This document shows, in pieces, positions 56,001-64,000 of a stretch of 64,000 bases of DNA (its first letter is position 1; each line of letters begins with the position of its first letter). The notes below the pieces were generated by a model. It ran no database searches, had not been told where the DNA came from, and worked only from the letters and a program-made list of their open reading frames with translations. The stretch comes from Macrostomum lignano (lineage: Eukaryota): positions 301,560 through 365,559 of the forward strand of contig NIVC01001965.1 in the NCBI GenBank assembly GCA_002269645.1. The letters run 5' to 3'. A program made the translations under genes and the position numbers.

Positions 56001-56982
56001 GCTGAGCTGGCGGCTGAGGCTGCTGAGCTGGCGGCTGGGGCTGCTGAGCTGGCGGCTGGGGCTGCTGAGCTGGCGGCTGAGGCTGCTGAGGCGACGAAGA
56101 GGCAGAGTTAGCTCCGTTAGCAGAATTTGGAGCGCCATTTCTACTACGATTAGTTGAGCGCCTAGCGTCGCGCTGATCAATCTCGGCGCACAGCTGGTCG
56201 ATTAAAGATTTAGCCAGGTCGATCTGGTCTTGGGTGCCGCACAGCGTCACCAGCCGGTTCTCCTCGTTGAGCCGGCCGCCGCCGCCGCCGCCGCGTTCGA
56301 CGTCGATTTTGCACCGGGACTGAGTCATGAGATCGCGCACATTCTGGCCGCCCCTGCCAATCAGCGGGCCGATGTAGCGCGAAGCCAAACGAAACTCGGC
56401 GGTCTCTTTGCGCGGCACCGCGGCTATGAGCCGACGCAGCTCCTCCTCGGCGGCGTGAACGCAGCGCGCCTCGCCGCGTATTCGGACAGGCTCCGTCGCT
56501 GAGGCCGACCTGCCGTCGGCTTGCGGGCCGTCACCGCCGTTAGCAGCCCGATTGACAAATGTAATTTTAGTCTTAGTAGTCTGCTGCAGTTGACGGATAG
56601 CGGCGCCGTCTTTGCCAATAATAGCGCCAATTGCTTCGCGCGGAATCGACATCAGCGCCACCTTGTAGGTGTCGGCCGTGGCCACTGTCTGATCGCCGGC
56701 CTCGGCTGGTCCGTCGGCATCGGCGGCGGCATCGGCGGCAGAGTCGCCAACTGCTCCAGCAGCGGAGTCTAGCACCTGACGGCGCTGCTTCTCAGCATAG
56801 CCAATGCCGACAGAGTGCAGCTGGACTGGGCGCTGGGTTCGATAGGTGAGGTACCAAAACACGGCACAGCCGGCCAGCACCAGGCAGTGGTAGGCCGGGC
56901 TGTCCATACCAGCAATAGTTACGAGGAGGAGTGAGGAGTGATCACGATCTGGAATAAGTTGGCGAGTTAGAGAAGCTTGCAT
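50095..56982 (-). CDS. TDRKH: Tudor and KH domain-containing protein (TDRKH/Papi orthologue-like)
   Basis: N-terminal TM (CLVLAGCAVFWYLTY), KH1 (IPREAIGAIIGKDG), KH2 (YIGPLIGRGG), extended Tudor (VSAV...FYL...GELVAAYYEPDQTWQRARVV...DCLDYGD...LPFQ), then exon 54791-54566 (AIRCTL...EFQRLTKCATYEP...ELRRQG). The probable last exon is 50249-50095 (phase 1). A one-base frame discrepancy near 55930 separates the KH and Tudor frames. The true start may be MDSPAY near 56907. Confidence 0.88.
51335..51494. repeat. 23/46 bp GAGTAGCTAGTCACTAGTAATCA-type array, also present at 54515-54560
   Basis: The same unit family flanks both sides of the Gypsy element. Confidence 0.9.
51495..54514 (+). mobile_element. 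Defective Ty3/Gypsy LTR retrotransposon, 3'-truncated
   Basis: Putative 5' LTR TGTTG...TAACA (51495-51731) and PBS TGGCGACGAGGA (51732-51743, complementary to the tRNA-Ser(GCU) 3' end as remembered). Gag has two CCHC knuckles. Only the protease C-terminal ILGMDFL remains, off frame. RT has YSVLD and YQDDII, RNase H has CDASKDGLG and ADTLSR, and integrase stops at LHENHPG. There is a frameshift near 53110 and an in-frame TAA near 53127. No integrase core or 3' LTR. Confidence 0.95.
51732..51743 (+). promoter_or_regulatory. Primer-binding site of the Gypsy element
   Basis: TGGCGACGAGGA immediately after the LTR-terminal CA. Confidence 0.8.
54900..55246 (+). mobile_element. Family F repeat, copy 3 with an internal inverted arm
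   Basis: 54970-55018 is the reverse complement of 55196-55245. Confidence 0.85.
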
Positions 56983-57212
56983 TTCTCAAAGTCTAAAATC
57001 TACTATACCCAAATAGTCTTCCATTAACGGGTGATCCAATATAACGTGTGTCCCAAGTAACCTACCAATTCAACTGACTCCGAAAGAGTCGGCACTGCAT
57101 AACGAAAGACAATATCTATAAATTTTATCAGTCAAAAACTTTAGTGTAACTTTGCTGTAAAAGATGCTGTTCTCTGACCTTCATTTGTCCGTGCTCAGGG
57201 CTCGAATCCGCG

Positions 57213-57697
57213 GGGTCCATGAGAATTGCCCGCAGACGAATTGCCCGCCGAGATTTTCAATTCCCGGCAGGCAAATCTCAACGGGCAATTCTCGGCAGGC
57301 AAATCTCAGCGGGCAATTCTCGGCAGGCAAATCTCAGCGGGCAATTCTCGGCAGGCAAATCTCAGCGGGCAATTCTCGGCATGCAAATCTCAGCGGGCAA
57401 TTCTCGGCAGGCAAATCTCAGCGGGCAATTCTCGGCAGGCAAATCTCAGCGGGCAATTCTCGGCAGGCAAATCTCAGCGGGCAATTCTCGGCAGGCAAAT
57501 CTCAGCGGGCAATTCTCGGCAGGCAAATCTCAACGGGCAATTCTCGGCAGGCAAATCTCAGCGGGCAATTCTCGGCAGGCAAATCTCAGCGGGCAATTCT
57601 CGGCAGGCAAATCTCAACGGGCAATTCGCTCACGGGCAAATTGCACTGCGGGCAAATCTCGGCGGGCAATTCGTCTGCGGGCATTTCTCGTGCTCCC
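57213..57697. mobile_element. Mutator-like MITE with an internal 28 bp tandem array
   Basis: Termini GGG...CCC, about 45 bp imperfect TIRs (GAGAATTGCCCGCAGACGAATTGCCCGCCGAGATTT, 35/36), and a 9 bp TSD GAATCCGCG at 57204-57212 and 57698-57706. The internal unit is GCAGGCAAATCTCAGCGGGCAATTCTCG. Confidence 0.88.
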
Positions 57698-57915
57698 GAA
57701 TCCGCGGTCACATTCAGTTGGGGCTGTGTGTGCACGAAAATTGACCAGTGGAGGTTGTCGTGCGATTCACAGCCAACCCCCCCCCCCAAAGGCGCAGAGA
57801 GTGTACAGCAGCCTGTGTGAGCGTGTGCATGAGTGCGTGCCTGCGTACAGTATTGGCGTGCTTGCATTTGCTCAGGAGTCAGTGGAATGGCTGAATTGCC
57901 TCAGCGCAGCCCTCC
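57698..57915 (+). mobile_element. SINE family S1 copy interrupted by the MITE (B box at 57198-57209)
   Basis: The reconstructed empty site GGGCTCGAATCCGCGGTCACATT aligns with GGCTCGATTCC...GTCACATT of the 22.95 kb copy, and the body matches. Confidence 0.8.
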
Positions 57916-58387
57916 TGCAATTAATAATTAATAATTACCAGTGGTTTTCTACTCCTAAACGGATCCCTAATTTAGCTTCAAACATTACGCCTTTAGTAAT
58001 AATGACTTCTAGTTAAGGTTCGAAAGAGAATAAAAAACCAAAAAGAAAAGTCGAAATAAGCGTGATTGTACTCAAAGAAACCGTGATCGTGGCATGTACA
58101 TATTTATATAGGCATTATAAAGCAAGCAAACAACGATTTCTTTAAAAAAAATCTGTTGAAAATAGTTAACAACAAACACATTCTAAGCATGCTATATACA
58201 GGTAAGTTTATTGAAAGGCCGGTTCAACAGCTACATGTATAGGTCTGCAGGTCAAAGAGTTATTCGAATTTATAGTATGGCAGCAGCCTTTCAAGACTAA
58301 TATAGTGAAATTCGAGCTTTTCGAAATAATCCTAGACTTCCCCACTGCTCATAAGTATCTAAGCTACCATTTTAAATGTAATATATA

Positions 58388-58780
58388 ACGGGTGATCCAA
58401 AAAATGGACAAACCTGTAGTGAAACTGTGCCAAGGCAATACAGTGAATCTTTACAGGCTCGCAGCAGGTGAATCCTGACACCTGTAAGATCCCTTCTGCC
58501 AACTTTGGAATGAATATTTCAAATAGTCTTTGGCTTTAAGTTGAAAGTGTCTTTGGTTGTTTCTACAATTACACATCTACTGTCTATGGCTTCAAGTTGA
58601 AAGTGACTGTTGGCTAAATTTAGAATGGCTATTTTAGGAAACTGGATAAAGATATCCATTCCAAAGTTGGCAGAAAAAATCCCACAGGTGTCAGGATTCA
58701 CATGCTGCGAGCGCTGTAAAGATTCACTGTATTGCCTTGGCACAGTTTCACTACGAAGTTTGTCCATTTGGATCACCCGT
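58388..58780. mobile_element. Tc1/mariner-like MITE, about 130 bp TIRs, TA flanks
   Basis: TA|ACGGGTGATCCAAA...TTTGGATCACCCGT|TA. The arms 58388-58520 and 58650-58780 are near reverse complements. An isolated terminus AACGGGTGATCCAA also occurs near 57026. Confidence 0.88.
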
Positions 58781-59588
58781 TATAATATGTAATATAATAT
58801 AGCTTTTTGCAACCCATTTGAGCTTACGCGCATTTAATTTAATCCAAGATAGGTTTGCCAATGAAATGGAGCTTTATCTATGGTAGCAAGGCTGGCGCAG
58901 CGGCATTTAATTTGGTCCAACAAGCATCAGTTTGGTCCACAGCTTCATTTGCAACTGCTGCGGAGGAGCAACATCAGCCCCAGAATAGTGAAACATATGC
59001 TAGGCTTTGAACGAATGCCATTGGCTTGCGATCGAAGCGCTCGACAGAGGTGAACACCCATAGGACATTGCAAGGTTGCTGAATGTAAAAGAATAATTAA
59101 ATCATACTAGTGTCGAAAGCTAGCAGAGTGCAAAGTGAGAAATTACCATAGACAGTCTCTCGGCAGGGCGCGAGACCCGTTTTGTGTCTGTCCTCTAGCT
59201 TTGTACCGAAATCAATGGGCTTTTGGCCATAGACATTCTCATCAGGTGGGCTTCCCTGCGTTACAACCATAGACCTTCCACACTCTAGATAGGCCACTTT
59301 GTGTCACGGCAATCGGGTGCACTCAACCGTTTATTTTTTATACACGAAAGTGCCGACTCTTAGTGGGAACTCAGATTTTAAGTTCAGTAGGGTTTAGGAC
59401 ATAGACACTAGTATATGAAGGTAGGTGCATTGTCAGGATAAGAAATGGCTAAAATAGACCATATAGACAGCAAACCTATTTACAACTGTACACATGTAGG
59501 CTGCGACCATTTGATGCCTTTGTTGACAGGCTGCCCGCCTTCCCACCTAGCCTGACAAAAGCGTGTTGCTCATGTACAGAGTTCAGAT

Positions 59589-59978
59589 TTCAGCACTGAA
59601 TTCCCAATGCCTCACCTGCTGGACTCCCGAACTGCAGATGCAGCCAGCAGGCGTTCTGTCCGAGCTGCGCTCACAAGTTTGTTCAGAGAAAGGTTGAAAG
59701 AAGCATTATTGTAGAGCTAAAACAGTTTCTCTCAAAGATTTGCTTTTTGAACAGCGCTGAGTGGGGTTTGGCCATAGACAAATCCGTCCAGACAAAACAC
59801 TGCAGAGACAGGAGCGGCTGCAATTTCGCCGCAACTTTGTTTGCTTGCCGGTCTCCGGCAGCAGTTCATGAAAAAAGCAGCTTGATAAACTTGTGAGCGC
59901 AGCTCGGACAAAACACCTGCTGGCTGCATTTGCAATTCGGAAGTCCAGCAGGTGAGACATTGGGAATTCAGTGCTGAA
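59589..59978. mobile_element. Family F repeat, copy 4, a fold-back with about 92 bp inverted arms
   Basis: 59589-59680 pairs with about 59888-59978 (a few mismatches). Confidence 0.87.
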
Positions 59979-60114
59979 GAACTGGAAAATTCCCACCTCG
60001 CCAGTGCAGTTCGCAGCGAAATCTGCACGGTTTTCGAGTGCAGCGGCCTTCTGCTTCAGCTGTCCATGAGCAACATTTGCATCATTCATATTCTCAATGG
60101 GAAGCAGAATTGTA

Positions 60115-63100
60115 TCAAAGCTCAGCCACCTCGACATCGTCATCTCCTGCATCAACTTCGTCGTCAGTGTCAGCGTCGGCCTCGGCCGCTCCGGTGCCAG
60201 CTGACGGCTGGCTGCCCTCGTCTATTGACTCCTCGCGGATGATGTCGCGCGGCGCCGGATGATGCTGATTGATGATGCCGCGCACTCTGGCCAGCTGCTC
60301 TTCGGTCAGCGAGTCTAGGGCTGCCTGCCATTCGGCCAGAGGCAGGTAAGCGTCGCACAGATCGGAGAAGTGCTTAGTATCTAAGGAATTTGAGCCGGAG
60401 TCCAGCGAGTTGTCCGCGCTGTCCGGACCGGAGGCGATGAGGAATGTGTGCTGCTGGTGTCGCTGCCCTGCTGGCCGGGCAGCTGGCGGTAGTGAAAATC
60501 CCGGACTAAGAGAGTCATGTCATCGCGGATCACCTGGTTAAGTTGAGTAGGCCTAATTTATAGCTTGAGTAGGCCTAGTTGAGTAGGCCTAACTGGCTGG
60601 GTTAGGGGTTGGCGCATATCAAAGAACTGGCTGGGAGTGGGATTGGCGGCATATCAAAGAACTTGTTGGGGTAGGGGTTGGCGGCATATCAAAGAACTGG
60701 CTGGGGTAGGGGTTGCGGCATATCAAAGAACTGGCTGGAGTGGATTGGCGGCATATCAAAGAACTTGTTGGGGTAGGGGTTGGCGGCATATCAAAGAACT
60801 GGCTGGGGTAGGGGTTGGCGGCATATCAAAGAACTGGCTGGGGTAGGGGTTGGCGGCATATCAAAGCACTGGCTGGGGTAGGGGTTGGCGGCATATCAAA
60901 GAACTGGCTGGGGTAGGGGTTTGCGGCATATCAAAGAACTTGTTGGGGTAGGGGTTGGCGGCACATTAAAGGACTGGCTGGGAGTGGGGTTGGCGGCATA
61001 TCAAAGCACTGGCTGGGGTAGGGGTTGGCGGCATATCAAAGAACTGGCTGGGAGTGGGGTTGGCGGCATATCAAAGCACTGGCTGGGGTAGGGGTTGGCG
61101 GCATATCAAAGAACTGGCTGGGGTAGGGGTTTGCGGCATATCAAAGAACTGGCTGGGAGTGGGATTGGCGGCATTATATCAAAGAACTGGCTGGGGTAGG
61201 GGTTGGCGGCATATCAAAGAACTTGTTGGGGTAGGGTTGGCGGCACATCAAAGGACTGGCTGGGAGTGGGGTTGGCGGCATATCAAAGCACTGGCTAAGA
61301 GTGAAGTGGGCGGCCACATCAAAGGACTAGCTAAAGAAGAACCAGGCGATATCGCGAACTGACCTGCTGATCGCAGTCGCCAGCATAGAACACGGCCTCC
61401 TTGTGCAGGCGGACTACATTGTCAACTACAGATTGGGATGCAGCCAGCAGGGAGTTGTCATTGTTGCGCAGTTCTTTAGCAACCAGGCTCACAATTTGGC
61501 CATTGTTGGTCCGATCGTCTTTGGCTGTGACCATCTCCAGCGTGTGAAATACGCCCTGCGGATTGTTGAAATGCATTACTTTATTGAGCGGGAAAATGCG
61601 CGACACTTCGGGGACTGCAATATGAGAATCGGAACTGCAATATTGAGAATCAGGGACCGCCATATTGAGAATCGGGACCGCCAATATTGAGAATCGGGAC
61701 TGCAATATTGAGAATCGGGACCGCAATATTGAGAAATCGGGACTGCAATATTGACAATCGGGACTGCAATATTGAGAATCGGGACCGCAATATTGAGAAT
61801 CGGGACCGCAATATTGAGAATCGGGACCGCAATATTGAGAATCGGGACTGCAATATGAGAATCGGGACTGCAATATTGACAATCGGGACGCAATATTGAG
61901 AATCGGGACCGCAATATTGAGAATCGGGACTGCAATATTGACAATCGGGACTGCAATATTGAGAATCGGGACTGCAATATTGACAATCGGGACTGCAATA
62001 TTGAGAATCGGGACCGCAATATGAGAATCGGGACTGCAATATTGAGGATCAGTGCTCCATCGGGGTCGAGAGTATTGCCAATGACTTGGCTCACTTAGTC
62101 ATGAGCACCAGAAAGGCCCAGTCTTGCGGGCCCTCCACCGGGCCGGTGAGCGACACGAGCGGAGTGTCGGCGGGCTCCGGGGAGCCAAGCAAATAGTTGG
62201 CCGATGTCGGCGGCGCTGACGGCGTCAACATAACGGAGCGCCTGCCGACGCGGCTGCATCCGGCAGAGCAGCGCTCGACAAGAGCCGCCAACGCTGGCCA
62301 CGTACAGCTTTTCAGAGTAGAGCAGCGCCATGGCTAGGGAGCACCGAGCGCCCAAGCCCTCTTTGAGGCTGTGCAGCTGGGGCCAGGCTCTCCATCAGGT
62401 CGGCCTCGCTGCTAGATCGGGACTCGTAGCTGCGAACCCGCTGCTGCGCGTCCTCGATGCGACGCTGGTTGTCAGTAACGACATTTGTCCTGAGGAGGAT
62501 TGAACGTTTTTGTTAGTTAGTACAGGTTTCAACGGGAATCGAACTCGGGACTGACTTAAAAAGGAATCCCTTTATTTAACCATAAAGTAACTTCTCTGGA
62601 ATATGGACAACTCTCATGAAAAACCAAGCGACTCCCGTGAACATCAAGCGACTCCATGGAACCCAAGCGATCCCCATGGAACCAAGCGGCTCCTATGAAC
62701 ACAGCGGCTCCCATGGAAGCGGCTCCCATGGAAACGAAGCGACTCCAATGAACGAAAGCAAAACTAAGATGGAACCTTCGTGAATCCTATGGAACCTAAA
62801 CGACTCCCATGGAACCTAAACGACTCCCATGGAACCTAAACGACTCCCATGGAACCTAAACGACTCCATGGAACCTAAACGACTTCCATGGAACCTAAAC
62901 GACTCCCATGGAACCAAGCGACTCTCATGGAACCCAAGCGACTCTCATGGAACCCAAGTGACTTCCCATGGAACCACGCAACTTCAACTACAAAGAAACT
63001 CCGGCCACCAACTTGAACATGTTGTCCACTCGTAGGATAGCATTTCGCATCACATCGGCCACAGTTTTCGTCCGGCATTCCGGTAGACAATTCTAGCAGC

Positions 63101-63380
63101 ACTTCGGCTGGCAGATGCTGACGAAAGAAACCGGCCAGAGCCTGGGATCCGTCGCCAGAGCCGTCAATCACAGCGTACAGATGGCAGGCCTGGTCTACTA
63201 GTTTATCAGAAGTGAAGGGCCCAGCATGAAGTAGGCATTCTGGAAAGGGTGCACCTCGTGGGCCATCTCGCCGCCGGACTGCAGGGCTTGGTTGACTTGG
63301 GTGCCGGCGCCGCACTGGGTGCACTTGGACAGACTGTCCAATCCGCTGTGGGAGGCCGTCCTGCGGTGACCGTTGGGCAT
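60115..63380 (-). CDS. TAB1: TAB1 (TAK1-binding protein 1, PP2C-like pseudophosphatase) homologue, with apparent frameshifts
   Basis: Exons about 63380-63013, 62489-62095, 61555-61364, 60533-60115. Motifs match TAB1 in order: DSLSKCTQCGAG...HPFQN, HLYAVIDG...QHLPAEVLL, KLYVASVGGSCRALLC, FLVLMT-GVFHTLE, SQSVVDNVVRLH, DDMTLLVRDF. About six single-base frame discrepancies, so this is a poor consensus or a pseudogene. Confidence 0.85.
60598..61325. repeat. 35 bp G-rich unit GGGGTAGGGGTTGGCGGCATATCAAAGAACTGGCT (TAB1 intron 3)
   Basis: About 20 copies. Confidence 0.96.
61608..62045. repeat. 21 bp unit GAGAATCGGGACTGCAATATT (TAB1 intron 2)
   Basis: About 20 copies. Confidence 0.96.
62620..62975. 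repeat. 20 bp unit CTCCCATGGAACCTAAACGA (TAB1 intron 1)
   Basis: Degenerate array. Confidence 0.93.
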
Positions 63381-63504
63381 CCCGCTTGAGGCACAAGCTG
63401 CTGGAGCGGTCAATGTTTGGCGGAACTATTGTGAGTTTCTGCGCTGACCAGAATAACAATATGCCATCCACTATGACTGAAACGTGATTGGGACAGTGTG
63501 AAAC

Positions 63505-64000
63505 AGATGAGTGAGTGAGGGGAGCAGGACATAGATGAGTGAATGTGTGATGGGAGTAGGACACAGATGAGTGAATGTGTGAGGGGAGCAGGATATAGAT
63601 GAGTGAATGTGTGAGGGGAGTAGGACACAGATGAGTGAATGTGTGAGGGGAGCAGGACATAGATGAGTGAATGTGTGATGGGAGTAGGACAAGATAGTGA
63701 ATGTGTGAGGGAGTAGGATATAATGAGTGAATGTGTGAGGGGAGTAGGACATAGATGAGTGAATGTGTGAGGGGAGTAGGACATAGATGAGTGAATGTGT
63801 GAGGGGAGTAGGACATAGATGAGTGAATGTGTGAGGGGAGCAGGACATAGATGAGTGAATGTGTGAGGGGAGCAGGACATAGATGAGTGAATGTGTGAGG
63901 GGAGCAGGACATAGATGAGTGAATGTGTGAGGGAGCAGGACATAGATGAGTGAATGTTGTGAGGGGAGCAGGACATAGATGAGTGAATGTGTGAGGGGAG
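63505..64000. repeat. 32 bp unit GAGTGAATGTGTGAGGGGAGCAGGACATAGAT
   Basis: About 15 copies running to the window end. Confidence 0.96.

Overview
Eukaryotic (metazoan) genomic DNA made of GC-rich exons separated by introns that are mostly filled with tandem repeats. The style fits a free-living flatworm such as Macrostomum, which is an inference. Most ORFs in the supplied track are artefacts of reading through minisatellites. I assembled seven protein genes by hand, with phase-consistent GT-AG junctions where spliced: (1) an intronless rhodopsin-class GPCR (+, 7917-9347); (2) a small secreted prepro-peptide-like ORF (-, 13317-13640); (3) a 7-exon, 584-aa orphan (+, 17536-24556); (4) a signal peptide-PAN/Apple-fibrinogen-domain lectin (-, 25329-27879); (5) a 14-exon, 1114-aa band-4.1-type FERM protein fused in frame to two tandem DDX1-type SPRY domains, with an ankyrin-like motif in its tail (-, 30339-48392), which is the most unusual item; (6) a TDRKH/Papi TM-KH-KH-Tudor gene (-, 50095-56982) whose probable last intron holds a dead antisense Ty3/Gypsy element; (7) a TAB1 homologue with several apparent indels (-, 60115-63380). 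The window also contains two tRNA-derived SINE families (one with a MIR-like CORE domain), Mutator-like and mariner-like MITEs, a fold-back repeat family and more than 30 distinct tandem arrays. Homology calls rest on remembered motifs, not database searches.
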